A stretch of 32,000 nucleotides of DNA. It comes from Archaeoglobus fulgidus DSM 4304. GTDB taxonomy: Archaea; Halobacteriota; Archaeoglobi; Archaeoglobales; Archaeoglobaceae. Under the pieces are notes generated by a model. It did no database searches. It saw only the letters and a list, made by a program, of their open reading frames with translations, and was not told the DNA's origin. This document shows, piece after piece, positions 17,987 through 27,758 of this stretch (its first letter is position 1; each line of letters begins with the position of its first letter). The stretch covers positions 510,001-542,000 of the forward strand of contig NC_000917.1 of the NCBI RefSeq assembly GCF_000008665.1, read 5' to 3'. Made by a program: the position numbers and the translations under genes.

Positions 17987-18409
17987 ATGAGAGGAGAGAA
18001 GCTAACGAAAAAATGGAGGCTTATAAAGCTCTCCAGAATGCATTACAGCGACTTTGCGGTCAGGTTTATCGAGGAAATGCTTGAAGATAACGAAAGGCTC
18101 CATGACTTTTCCGTTAAGTACGGGATGGAAAAGGGAGCTGAGGTGAAGAGAAATCTACACCTGAAAGATTTCAGCGACGTTGCTGAGTTCCTGAGCATGA
18201 TTACAGGCGTGAGGGTGAGTGAGAAAGAGGGTGGCGTGGTTTTCGACGGTTGTCCGTCCAGGGAGATGACCGAAGTGAGGAAAACTGTCATATGCACCGG
18301 ATTTTTGGAAGGCTTCTTCAAAGTTTTTGGCTACGATGTTGAGGTGAATGCTGCCTGCGGGGAAAAGTGCAGGGTTGAGGTTAAAAAGAGAACTTCCTCT
18401 TCACGTTAA
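17987..18409 (+). CDS. Uncharacterised 140-aa protein, possibly a V4R/sensor-like output domain with conserved-looking Cys
   Basis: Intact ORF starting 3 nt after the previous stop; motif CPSREMTEVRKTVICTGFLEGFFKVFGYDVEVNAACGEKCRVEVKK. Confidence 0.6.
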   Translation: MRGEKLTKKWRLIKLSRMHYSDFAVRFIEEMLEDNERLHDFSVKYGMEKGAEVKRNLHLKDFSDVAEFLSMITGVRVSEKEGGVVFDGCPSREMTEVRKTVICTGFLEGFFKVFGYDVEVNAACGEKCRVEVKKRTSSSR

Positions 18410-19967
18410 TCGCTATCCCCTTCTCGCTCCCCGCCATTTCCTTGCCGCTCATAGCTGCGAGCCCAACTCCGAAAATGCGGCTGTTGTGGAACACAACAAC
18501 GTCGTTTGGCCTTATTTTTTCGTCCGCCCTCAGAACTCCCCCTGCGAAAATCGTGCCCTTCACTTCGAAATCACCGATTTCCACAGTGTAGATGTTCTTT
18601 TCAAGAAGGTATGCGGCGATTTTTTCGTATATGTCCAGCATTCCGTAAATCCTGTCAACCCTCGCCAGCCTCTTTTTCCCCTCAAGTAACTCCAGCTCCG
18701 GATACCTCCCCGCAACCTTTCCGCTCCATGTGATGCCGAACTGATAGGAAAGCATGTGCTCCAAAATTCTGCGGTAAAGGTCGACCTTTCCCTTGCTTTC
18801 AATCTCCTGCTTCAGCCTTTCAATTGATTCGTCACTCAGGACATCTTTTTCAGCTGTGTAAACTACCTCCGCCTCAACCTCATCTTCAACCCTCTCCACA
18901 ACCTTTCTGTAACCTCCAGTGACGTGAGCAACCACCTTTCTGAACCCTCCCTTTTCTATGAACCTTTTAAGCCATCCCGCAACAAACGAAACCTCTTCCT
19001 CGCTCCAGTGGCCAGTCACCGGAGTGTCGTAGTTTACTGCAGGATACAGCAGCTCAAACTCCCTTGGAACGACGAGCGGGGAGGAGATGATTATTTCATT
19101 AACGTTAACCTTCACTTTGCTCCTCAGAGCTCTGTGGGTTCTGGAGGTGAGGTAGGGCTTTCTGGCGGTGCACGGAAGCAGCAGAACGGTGTCGCTGAAG
19201 GGCTTATAGCATTCAAGCGCCCTCTCAAAGAAATACCTGACCTCGAACCTGCTGGAGCTTTCCAAAGCCGAAAAGTTGCACCTCGACTTTCTGAATCTGG
19301 GAAAAGTGCTGTGATTTCTGAGACTGTCTGAGAGCCTCAATGCTGCTGTAAATTCGGGGTTCAGCTTCACCTTTCCCTCCACGTAGTTTCTGAGCTCTTC
19401 GTTGAGAATTAGTCTCCTGCACTTCTCCACTTCCATTCTCAGCATTTCCGTGTTGTGCTTTGCTGTTGTCTCCAGAAGGTTCTCTACTTCATCAACAACT
19501 CTGTTTCTGCAGTGTATGCAGTTGCAGGGGAGTCTGCGAAGCTTGCTAATCTCCACCTCCACCTCTCCGAGGAAGTAAATGCCGCTGTAAGCTTTTGCTA
19601 TTGCCAGAACGTTGTCAACCAAGTCGGCGCCAAGATAAATCAGCAGTGAAACGTTTGATGGAAGAGCGGAGGAGGCAGCATACAGTGGTTTGGGAGAAAC
19701 TCCTTCCTTGCTCAAATCTTCAAAGACCTGAACAAGCTGCCTGGGAGATAGCAAGTGCAGGGAGGTTAGAATCTCCACCTCCTCGTTTATCGGCCTGAGC
19801 CTTGAATAAAGCTCCTCACTGATGAACTTCAAGGAGGTTGGGGCTAATCCGAAATCCCACTCAGGAATCTCTCCCACCTCAAGTATGGCTGGCGTTTGAA
19901 CTGTTCTACCTTCAACCTCGAATTTTCCTGTTCTGGAGAACCCGTCCCTTTTCTCAGGATAGAACAT
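18381..19967 (-). CDS. arcS: Archaeosine synthase / TgtA2-like protein with C-terminal PUA domain
   Basis: TGT-like N-terminus (VQTPAILEVGEIPEW), CNCIHC, LLLPCTARKPY motif, PUA-like end VKGTIFAGGVLRADEKIRPNDVVVFHNSRIFGVG. Confidence 0.88.
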   Translation of the reverse strand: MFYPEKRDGFSRTGKFEVEGRTVQTPAILEVGEIPEWDFGLAPTSLKFISEELYSRLRPINEEVEILTSLHLLSPRQLVQVFEDLSKEGVSPKPLYAASSALPSNVSLLIYLGADLVDNVLAIAKAYSGIYFLGEVEVEISKLRRLPCNCIHCRNRVVDEVENLLETTAKHNTEMLRMEVEKCRRLILNEELRNYVEGKVKLNPEFTAALRLSDSLRNHSTFPRFRKSRCNFSALESSSRFEVRYFFERALECYKPFSDTVLLLPCTARKPYLTSRTHRALRSKVKVNVNEIIISSPLVVPREFELLYPAVNYDTPVTGHWSEEEVSFVAGWLKRFIEKGGFRKVVAHVTGGYRKVVERVEDEVEAEVVYTAEKDVLSDESIERLKQEIESKGKVDLYRRILEHMLSYQFGITWSGKVAGRYPELELLEGKKRLARVDRIYGMLDIYEKIAAYLLEKNIYTVEIGDFEVKGTIFAGGVLRADEKIRPNDVVVFHNSRIFGVGLAAMSGKEMAGSEKGIAINVKRKFSF

Positions 19968-21399
19968 TCAGCTCACCGTTCGGTGGGAGATTCTGAAGGT
20001 GCTTCATCCACACCTTTGACACGTAAACCTTAAACCTTTTCTCTGGATGAGAGTTCATAAGCTCCATCAGCGCTTCAGATGCCGCTTTCAGAGCCTCCTC
20101 CTCCACAACGTCCTCTTCAGGAATTTCTGCATGGCCAGCGGGGTAGGTTTCCAGCATCTCTGCAGGCACGGGGCCAAAGACGGGGCGGAGATAGATGTTG
20201 GCGTAGATACCAAAATCTGTTGAAACCAGAACTTCTTCAGGAAGCTCCACGTTTTTGATTGCCTTGACATGCCTCCTAACTGCAGGGCGGTAAAGGCTGT
20301 CGATGCCGGTGTAGAGGAACTTCCTCTTCATTTTGGGGTCAGCCTTTTCAAGCAGCTCCCAGTAATGCTTAACCTGCCTCCATCCAGCCAGCATGTTGGG
20401 ATGCGCTCTCACCCTCTTCTCAACAAGCTCGAACAGAGAGTTCTCCTTTATAGCCTGCTTTATCGTCTCAATCTCCTGAAAGCTGACGTAGAGGTTGTGC
20501 TCCGCAATCAGCCTCTCCCTCTCATTCTTCTCCATTCTCCTGAGCTCCTCGGGGTCGTGATTGGAGCAGACGGGGCACTTGCAGGGGAAGTAGTTCAGCT
20601 CCGACAGCTTCTTTGTGCCATAAACCGTAAGGTAGCGGTCGTCCTTGGCGTAGAGAGCGTAGGCAGCGGAGTCAAAGAGGTCGCAGCCAAGAGCAACGGC
20701 CATGGCAAAGAGCATTGGATGACCACACCCAAAGAGGTGGATGGGCTCAACTGGAAGAGCACTCCTGACCTCAAGAATCACCCTCGCCAGATCTCTGAAG
20801 CGATAAGCATCCATCAGCGGAACCACTGCACCAATGGGGTAGATGTCCCCACCAATCTTCCTTGCCTCGCCTGCAGCGAACCTCCTAAGGTCGGGGTGGG
20901 TGGAGCCCTGAACAGGAACAGCGAGAAGGTTCTCTGCCCCCTTCAAAAGCTCCTTAGCCTCTCTCTCCCTCTCAAGGGTGATTCTCAGATCAGATTCTGC
21001 GGTAGCATAATCAGCATCGGGCGGTGTGGGAATGTCGAGCGGGACGATGATGTCCGAGCCTATATGCCTCTGGAACTCCACAATCTCTGCATTTTTAATC
21101 TCAACATCGCCGTAAACCATGAGCTGGTAGCTCCCGCTGTCCGTCATTACGGGCATGTCTGTCTCAAGAATTCCGTGCACTCCCTTTTCCAGAGCCTCCT
21201 CCCTCATGCTCCTGTAGATGATGTAGGAGTTCGTAATCACGGCCTGCGCACCGAACTTTTTCATCTCCTCAGCTCTGATGAAGGGAATGTTTGGATTTAT
21301 TACGGGCAGAATCGTGGGAGTCTCTATCCTGCCGTGGGGGGTCTCAATCCTGCAAATTCTGCCCATTGCATCCTTATCGAGAATCTCGAACCTCTGCAT
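19954..21399 (-). CDS. tgtA: Archaeal tRNA-guanine(15) transglycosylase
   Basis: RIETPHGRIETPTILPVINPNIPFI, DSGSYQLMVYGDVEIKNAEIVEFQRHIGSDIIVPLDIPTPPDADY, GAVVPLMDAYRF, HLFGCGHPMLFAMAVALGCDLFDSAAYALYAKDDRY, zinc site YFPCKCPVC. Confidence 0.96.
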   Translation of the reverse strand: MQRFEILDKDAMGRICRIETPHGRIETPTILPVINPNIPFIRAEEMKKFGAQAVITNSYIIYRSMREEALEKGVHGILETDMPVMTDSGSYQLMVYGDVEIKNAEIVEFQRHIGSDIIVPLDIPTPPDADYATAESDLRITLEREREAKELLKGAENLLAVPVQGSTHPDLRRFAAGEARKIGGDIYPIGAVVPLMDAYRFRDLARVILEVRSALPVEPIHLFGCGHPMLFAMAVALGCDLFDSAAYALYAKDDRYLTVYGTKKLSELNYFPCKCPVCSNHDPEELRRMEKNERERLIAEHNLYVSFQEIETIKQAIKENSLFELVEKRVRAHPNMLAGWRQVKHYWELLEKADPKMKRKFLYTGIDSLYRPAVRRHVKAIKNVELPEEVLVSTDFGIYANIYLRPVFGPVPAEMLETYPAGHAEIPEEDVVEEEALKAASEALMELMNSHPEKRFKVYVSKVWMKHLQNLPPNGELNVLS

Positions 21400-21474
21400 T
21401 GCTCTGAATAGGGGGTGGGGATATTAATACTTCCGCACCTCAAACTATATCTATCCTGCAGCCCTCAAAATTTC

Positions 21475-22329
21475 ATGGTAATCTTGGTGGGCGGGACAAA
21501 CGGGCTGATGGCTCTGAAAGTTGCGAAAATCTCCGGCCTCCCTCTCTGCTACTCCCACGTTGACCGCTATCCTGACGGAGAGAAGTACTTCCGCTTTGCC
21601 TCGAACATTGATGGGGAGGATGTTGTTATATTCAACTCCATGCATCCCAATCCTGACGAGATAATCTTCGAAACGCTCCTCATAGCTGAAACGGCCTACA
21701 GCAACGGAGCAAGGTCGGTTACATGCGTTTTTCCCTACTTTGCCTACGCGCGTAGTTTGGATACCGTAAAGGGGGAAGCTTTGCCCATCAAAACCGTCGT
21801 GAAGGTGCTGAAAGCAGCAGGTGTTAAGAAAATTATCACGGTTGACTTCCACCTTCAGGAGAACGTGTTTGGCGTTGAACATGTTGACCTCACCGGAATG
21901 GAGAAGCTGGCGGAATACTGCCTTGAGGAGTTCTCCGACAGTTTTACCGTCCTTGCCCCTGACGAGAAAGCGGCATTCTGGGCGGAGAAGTTTGCGGCCA
22001 AGGCCAACTGTGACGTTGTGGCTCTGAGAAAGATAAGAATAGATGCGGAGAACGTGATTATAGACGATTTAAGGACGGGAGTTGAGGGCGATGTTGTTAT
22101 AGTCGACGACATAGTTTCCACCGGAGGAACTGTCTGCCAGGCTGCAAGAATAGCGAAAAGGGCTGGAGCAAGAAGAGTCTTTGTAGCATGCACCCACGCA
22201 ATTCTTGCGAGAGATGCGATGATGAGAATCCTCGAATCCGGGATAGAGGATATCGTTTCCACCGACACCATACTTAGCCCGGTCAGCCACGTGAGCGTTG
22301 CTGATGTTATCGCCTCCGCGCTAAGTTAA
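21475..22329 (+). CDS. prs: Ribose-phosphate diphosphokinase (PRPP synthetase)
   Basis: DVVIFNSMHPNPDEIIFETLLIAETAYSNGARSVTCVFPYFAYAR, VVIVDDIVSTGGTVCQAARIAKRAGARRVFVACTHAI. ATG at 21475 preferred. Confidence 0.94.
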   Translation: MVILVGGTNGLMALKVAKISGLPLCYSHVDRYPDGEKYFRFASNIDGEDVVIFNSMHPNPDEIIFETLLIAETAYSNGARSVTCVFPYFAYARSLDTVKGEALPIKTVVKVLKAAGVKKIITVDFHLQENVFGVEHVDLTGMEKLAEYCLEEFSDSFTVLAPDEKAAFWAEKFAAKANCDVVALRKIRIDAENVIIDDLRTGVEGDVVIVDDIVSTGGTVCQAARIAKRAGARRVFVACTHAILARDAMMRILESGIEDIVSTDTILSPVSHVSVADVIASALS

Positions 22330-22362
22330 GCTTATAAAACCCACCGCTTTAACACTAAAGCC

Positions 22363-23360
22363 ATGATGCAGAACGAAAAGGTCAAGGTCTACTTCCTGAC
22401 GGTCATCTTGAAAAGCCAATCTGGGACGCCTTAATTACCGCTGGATACAGGCTTGGAAAGACGGAGAGGGGATACCTCATTGACGTTGACCACCCCAAGC
22501 TGGTTTTTAAGCAGGTGAGACCGCAGATAATGCCCTTTTACATAGAAATGGGGAAAGGAGATGGAGGGATAACGGGAGAGGACATTCTGCAGAACTGGAT
22601 GCTGAAGTCTAACCTGAAGAACGTTGAAATTCTGGAGGAGCTGCCGTTGAGACCGACAAAGCTCGTGGTGGCGATTTCGGAAGAAATATATCCAGACGTT
22701 TACACGATAGAGGATTTCAAGGAGAAAGTAGGGGACAGAGAGGTCTTCATAGCCTCCGAGTTCCCTGAAATTGCGAGAAAGTATGCTGAGAAGCACGGGC
22801 TGAATGCAATCGTCTTCGACCCCATAGGAAAGACCGAGGCCGCATTGCTCCCCCCAATGCCTGAGGCGGACCTGATTATCGAGATCACCGAGTTCGGAAC
22901 GACTCTGAAGGAGAACATGTGCAGGATTATCGACTTGGTTATGGATAAAGTCCACTCGGTTTTCATCGTCAACAAAGAGTCGCTCAAGGATGAGGAGAAG
23001 AAGCAGGTGATGGAGAACCTCGTCACGGACCTCAAAGAGGTGATCGAGTCCAGAAACCTTGTGAGTTTCTACTTCAATGTTCCAAATGAGGACGACCTGA
23101 GAAGGATAATAGACTACCTAACCGAGAACGGCTTCGACCCCACCATCTCTCCTCTGGCCAAGGGTGGGGCGGCAGTGCACATCATCGTTGACAGAAGCCG
23201 TGTGAAGTTCCTGAAGCCGATAATAAGGGGCATGGGAGCCAAGAGAATTGCCACCTCCCCGGTGATAACTTCGGGGACTAATCGAGCAGCTCAACAAAAA
23301 CCCTTTTATCTTCTTTCAGGTATCCAACGGGAATTCCCCTCTGCTTCGCCTTTCTTTTAA
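22363..23360 (+). pseudogene. hisG: ATP phosphoribosyltransferase HisG with an apparent 5' frameshift (or sequencing error)
   Basis: ATG frame: MMQNEKVKVYFLT.. stops at 22432-22434. In the frame of the 22515 ORF, the segment from ~22395 reads PDGHLEKPIWDALITAGYRLGKTERGYLIDVDHPKLVFKQVRPQIMPFYIEMGKGDGGITGED.., continuing through ADLIIEITEFGTTLKENM. Confidence 0.8.
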
Positions 23361-23685
23361 GCTCCTTGTCGTTGGTGATAAGAATGCACCCGTATTTTTC
23401 AGCGGCTTCAATTAAAGAGGGGTCCCCCTCGCTCTCCGTCTCCACAACTTCAAAGTGCTCAAGAAGCTTTAGAGCAAATCTCGCCGCTACTTTCTCCTTC
23501 CCCCTTAAGCTCATTTCGAGCTTCTCAAGCTCCCTTTTGACTGAGGCCGTTATCAGAAACCTGCTGAAGCCGAACTCCCTTAGCTGCCCAACTACGTCGG
23601 CCTTATTGAGGTATACGTACATCAGAACGTTGGTGTCTACTACCGCGCACCTCACCTTATTATTCCTGCCCCTATCAGCCTCCAT
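23278..23685 (-). CDS. PIN-domain protein (Fcf1-like/VapC9-like RNase fold)
   Basis: [13 protein letters not shown].., [14 protein letters not shown].., [39 protein letters not shown]: the acidic PIN residues are present. Confidence 0.88.
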   Translation of the reverse strand: MEADRGRNNKVRCAVVDTNVLMYVYLNKADVVGQLREFGFSRFLITASVKRELEKLEMSLRGKEKVAARFALKLLEHFEVVETESEGDPSLIEAAEKYGCILITNDKELKRKAKQRGIPVGYLKEDKRVFVELLD

Positions 23686-24875
23686 CTGCTCCCTACTCTC
23701 CTGCTGATGGCAACTCTCGAACCCTTATCAGCACACACTGGCCTTCTGAGCTTCACCTCAACGATGTCATCCCTCGCTGATGTCACAACTCCCAGAGTTA
23801 TTGCAGTCCCCACTGCGAGCATGAGGGGCTCGTTCATCTTTATCTTCTCGACCTCCATTTCTTCATCAAGCCCCACAACCCTTTCAAGGAGGTTCACTTC
23901 CATCGTAAAGCTCGTCAGCACGTCTGGCAAATTGCCCGGGTGGCCTACTACATTTCCCACGAGGGCGTCGCTCTTCGTAAGGGTAGGGTCGAGCTTCGTT
24001 GCTATACCCACAAGCCCTCCCGGTGTTGCCTCATCAACAAATCTTCCCGATGCCACAATGCTCTGAACCTCGGTAAAGAGAGGATTCCAGTTCCCCCTTT
24101 CATCCTTCACCCCGGGCCTGATTTCGATCTCATCGCCAACTCTTATCCTGCCTCTCGAAAGGCTCCCTCCGAGCACACCTCCGAGCAGCTTCTCGGGCGG
24201 AGTGCCTGGCTTGTTGACATCGAAGCTTCTTGCCACATGCATTAGCGGCGGGGAGTCAAGGTCCCTTTCAGGTGTTGGGATGGTTTCCTCGATAGCCTCG
24301 ATGAGTGCGTCCATGTTCACCTTCTGCTGCGCTGAGATTGGGATTATCGGAGCGTTTTCTGCCACTGTTCCCTTAACAAACTCCTTTATTTCCTGATAGT
24401 TTTCCAGCACCCTCTCTCTGCTTACGATATCTATCTTGTTCTGGGCAATGACTATTTTGTCGATACCGATGATCTGCAGAGCCATCAGGTGCTCCTTTGT
24501 TTGGGGACGGGGACACTTCTCATTAGCGGCGATGACCAGCACGGCCCCATCCATGATTGCCGCACCGCTGAGCATCGTTGCCATCAGCATCTCGTGGCCC
24601 GGGCTGTCAACAAAGCTTACCGTCCTCAAAATTTCAGTTTCAACGCCATGAATCGGGCAGATTTCTTCAACCGTGTACGCTTCGGGAGGTTCACATTCCG
24701 GACATTTTCTGAATGTCGCATCTGCATAACCGAGCTTGATTGAGATACCTCTTTTCAACTCCTCACTATGTCTGTCAGTCCAGACACCACTCAACGCTGC
24801 AACAAGAGTGGTTTTACCGTGATCAACGTGACCGACAAGTCCGATATTAACTTCAGGAAGCGGAACTTCACTCAT
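23652..24875 (-). CDS. eif2g: Translation initiation factor 2 subunit gamma
   Basis: [93 protein letters not shown] at 24875 ([12 protein letters not shown]) preferred over 24926. Confidence 0.96.
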   Translation of the reverse strand: MSEVPLPEVNIGLVGHVDHGKTTLVAALSGVWTDRHSEELKRGISIKLGYADATFRKCPECEPPEAYTVEEICPIHGVETEILRTVSFVDSPGHEMLMATMLSGAAIMDGAVLVIAANEKCPRPQTKEHLMALQIIGIDKIVIAQNKIDIVSRERVLENYQEIKEFVKGTVAENAPIIPISAQQKVNMDALIEAIEETIPTPERDLDSPPLMHVARSFDVNKPGTPPEKLLGGVLGGSLSRGRIRVGDEIEIRPGVKDERGNWNPLFTEVQSIVASGRFVDEATPGGLVGIATKLDPTLTKSDALVGNVVGHPGNLPDVLTSFTMEVNLLERVVGLDEEMEVEKIKMNEPLMLAVGTAITLGVVTSARDDIVEVKLRRPVCADKGSRVAISRRVGSRWRLIGAGIIR

Positions 24876-24970
24876 GAAATCAATCCTTAGGGGAATGTAT
24901 TTAAATGTTGAGGGATTTCGCCTCATGAGCTTTGGGCAACATTTTTAACTTTTCTGACAGTTTGTCGTCA

Positions 24971-25357
24971 ATGCCCAGAAAAGATGTTGCGGAAAAGCTT
25001 CGGAGAAGGGCGATGGGATTCATGGATGCCGCTAAGGAAAGGCTTAAGGTAGGTGATTACGACCTCACATGCTTTATGGCTGAGCAGGCAGTTCAGCTTT
25101 ACCTCAAGTCTGTGATTCTCGAATTGAGCGGAGAGGTGCCGAGAACTCATTCCATCAGGCAGTTGCTGTCAATTTTGTCGAAGCTTCTTGACGAGCAGTT
25201 CGATTTTGATAGAAAACAGCTTGTTTTTCTTGAGGACGCCTACATCAAAGCCCGCTACCTTGGGGCGGGTTATGAAAGGGAGGATGCAGAGGAAGCGATT
25301 AAAATTGCAGAGGAGGTGATCTCAGCTGTTTCCAGAGTTATGGAAGGAAAGGATTAG
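24971..25357 (+). CDS. HEPN-domain protein
   Basis: MPRKDVAEKLRRRAMGFMDAAKERLKVGDYDLTCFMAEQAVQLYLKSVILELSGEVPRTHSIRQLLSIL..; adjacent to a MNT-type nucleotidyltransferase. Confidence 0.88.
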   Translation: MPRKDVAEKLRRRAMGFMDAAKERLKVGDYDLTCFMAEQAVQLYLKSVILELSGEVPRTHSIRQLLSILSKLLDEQFDFDRKQLVFLEDAYIKARYLGAGYEREDAEEAIKIAEEVISAVSRVMEGKD

Positions 25358-25412
25358 GATTGCGAGAGAGTATAGGAAGTGGCTGCCAAGAATAGTTAAG
25401 GCGGCAAGAGAG

Positions 25413-25670
25413 GTGCTGGGTGAGGCTGAAGTCTACCTCTTTGGCAGCGTTGCTGAAGGAAAAGCTGTGCTTTCAAGCGATATTGATATTCTGGTGGTTA
25501 CAACGAGAGAAGAAGTGAGAAAGGCAAGAGAGAGGGCAAGAATAATAGCTGAAATTGAGGAGAGGGCTGGGTTGCCGTTTGTGCATCCCTTCGAGTTTCA
25601 TATAATGGACGAGGAAGAGTTCAGGGTGTGGTTGGAGGTGTTCAGGCCGAAAATTGTGAGAATTTTGTAG
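25413..25670 (+). CDS. MNT-type minimal nucleotidyltransferase (N-terminus probably extends upstream toward ~25355)
   Basis: VYLFGSVAEGKAVLSSDIDILVVTTREE (GSx..DxD motif). In-frame coding-like sequence RIARERYRKWLPRIVKAARE precedes the GTG at 25413. Confidence 0.88.
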   Translation: MLGEAEVYLFGSVAEGKAVLSSDIDILVVTTREEVRKARERARIIAEIEERAGLPFVHPFEFHIMDEEEFRVWLEVFRPKIVRIL

Positions 25671-25925
25671 CTTTGTTAGGTGTTGGCCTAAGATAGTTTA
25701 ATCCCAAGGAATCTGCACACCCTTTTCAGCAAACTCCTTCATCTCCTGTAGAAGATCACAGCCAAGCCTGCGCACAATTTTCATCTCCTCTGCTCGTTAT
25801 TCAATTCAGCCAGCATGTTTTCGCTCATGCTCATTGGTTTTGTTGAATCGAAATTGGCCAGAAATTTAAACCAGCCCAAAATTACCCAACAGAAAACTAT
25901 TTTTTCCGCCTGAAAAAGCTGGAGT

Positions 25926-27374
25926 GTGCTTGCCCGCAGAGTTCTGAAGAACGTCATCTACAACAGCAGCTCCGTGCTTATCGGGAATCTGGCGGGCCTG
26001 GTTATATCCATTTACGTTGCAAGGGTTTTGAAGCCCGAGCTTTTCGGGATTTACTCGCTCGCAATTTCAGTCGCGTTTTTGCTAATGACCTTTACCGATC
26101 TCGGGATAAATGCGACTTTGGTAAGATACGTGGCCCACGCCAACATTAAAGGTGACGATGAGCTTGTTAGGGGTTATATTCGGAGTCTGACTAAGTTAAA
26201 GGCTTTACTTGTGCTGGCTGTGGCCTCAATGCTTTTCTTAGGCTCAGATTTTATTGCTGAGCAATTTTTCAGCAAACCGGAGCTGTCATTGCCCTTGAGA
26301 ATAATGGCGCTCTACATCACGTTCTTTTCAATGGCAGGATTTATAAACGGCATTTTCAACGCCTTTAACGACTTCAAGGCAAATTTTGTTAGAGCCCTAG
26401 TTTACGAAATTTCAAGGGCAACACTCATTTTTCTTCTCCTCTACCTCGGTCTGTCAGTTGCCGGGGCGTTGCTGGGGTACGTGGGTGCCAGCTTACTTTC
26501 GCTTATCGCTCTACTTGCTATGCTTTTCAGAAAATTGAGAAATTTTCTGTTTGGTAAAGCGAAGCGGGTCGACTGGAGAAGGATTGTGAGGTTTACCGGT
26601 TACCTCACCGTTGGCTCCATAACATGGACCGTCTTCGCTTACGTCGACTCCGTAATGATAGGGGCTATGCTACCTTCAGAGGATGTCGGATTTTACAGAG
26701 CGGCATACAACATTGTAGGGGCAGTTTCCGGGATTGTCGCTCTGCCAGGCGTGCTCTTTCCCGTTTTCGTTCAGCTCGAGAGTGAGGATCTGAGAAGCGC
26801 TTTCAGCAGAGTTTTCCGCTACGCATCGATTATTGCCTTCCCCTGCACATTTGGACTTATGGTTATAGCCGAGCCTCTTGTGAAGTTCGTCTACGGCGCA
26901 GATTACCTTCAGGCGGCAGGGGTTATGGTTGTGCTCTCCATTCTGATTCTCCGATCGGCATTGGGCTTCTGGGGGGCGCTTTTCAACGCCAAGGAGATGC
27001 CCGAATATCCGGTATATGCAACTTTTTTCGGAATGATACTGAATGTGGTTCTGAACTACGTATTTATCTTGAGAATGGGAATAGTGGGGGCGGCAATCGC
27101 AACTGTAATGTCAAACGCTTTTGTTTGGTTTACTCTTGCCTTTTTGTCGGTGAAGCATTTTGGAGTTGTTGTCAGAGCTTCTTACATTTTGAAACCGTTA
27201 ACATCCGCTGCTGTAATGACGGCTTTGCTTTGGTATGCAGGATTCGGGTCGCTTGCCGATGCGATTCTTAAGGTGTTGGTAGGGGCTGGGATTTACTTTC
27301 TGTTGCTTTACGTTTTGAGGGGCTTTGGAAGGGAGGATGTGGAGTATTTAAGGAGTGTATTGGCGTGGAAATGA
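25926..27374 (+). CDS. Polysaccharide/oligosaccharide flippase (Wzx/MOP superfamily)
   Basis: LARRVLKNVIYNSSSVLIGNLAGLVISIYVARVLKPELFGIYSLAISVAFLLMTFTDLGINATLVRYVA..; 12-14 predicted TM segments. Confidence 0.92.
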   Translation: MLARRVLKNVIYNSSSVLIGNLAGLVISIYVARVLKPELFGIYSLAISVAFLLMTFTDLGINATLVRYVAHANIKGDDELVRGYIRSLTKLKALLVLAVASMLFLGSDFIAEQFFSKPELSLPLRIMALYITFFSMAGFINGIFNAFNDFKANFVRALVYEISRATLIFLLLYLGLSVAGALLGYVGASLLSLIALLAMLFRKLRNFLFGKAKRVDWRRIVRFTGYLTVGSITWTVFAYVDSVMIGAMLPSEDVGFYRAAYNIVGAVSGIVALPGVLFPVFVQLESEDLRSAFSRVFRYASIIAFPCTFGLMVIAEPLVKFVYGADYLQAAGVMVVLSILILRSALGFWGALFNAKEMPEYPVYATFFGMILNVVLNYVFILRMGIVGAAIATVMSNAFVWFTLAFLSVKHFGVVVRASYILKPLTSAAVMTALLWYAGFGSLADAILKVLVGAGIYFLLLYVLRGFGREDVEYLRSVLAWK

Positions 27375-27758
27375 TCTAATTGGTTGAAGGGTGTTGTTTA
27401 ACGATTTTTGGCCTGCAATCATAGTGTTAATGCTTTAACCGTTTTCCTGCTCACTCTAACCATTTTGAATAATATCATTGAGAAGTTATTGTTACAGCTT
27501 ATAATTCAACAATCATGGATGTTAAATAAGGGTTTTACAATTTACTAGGATTTCAATATTTTGGAGTGTCTCTGGGTTGCAAATTCATTCAACAGGAAAA
27601 GCAAATTCAATCGTGATGTTTTCGAAACTGGAATGTGGAATGGCCCACTCTTAAATTACCGTGATACTTTCCCCCAATTTAGAACTTTTGTGGCAATTGT
27701 GAATGCTATAAATAACATAAGGATAAACTTAATATCCGTTCTTACTAGACACCATACA

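Noticed and set aside
20269-21411. 380-aa plus-strand ORF opposite tgtA
   Set aside because: The opposite strand is a strongly recognisable tRNA-guanine transglycosylase with conserved catalytic and zinc motifs; the plus-strand ORF has low-complexity shadow composition.
21451-22271. Minus-strand ORFs opposite prs
   Set aside because: PRPP synthetase is well supported on the plus strand.
27561-27758. 66-aa N-terminal extension of the UDP-sugar dehydrogenase ORF
   Set aside because: The Rossmann start MKIAILGSGYVG at 27759 is the normal N-terminus; the upstream part lacks homology and is AT-rich intergenic.
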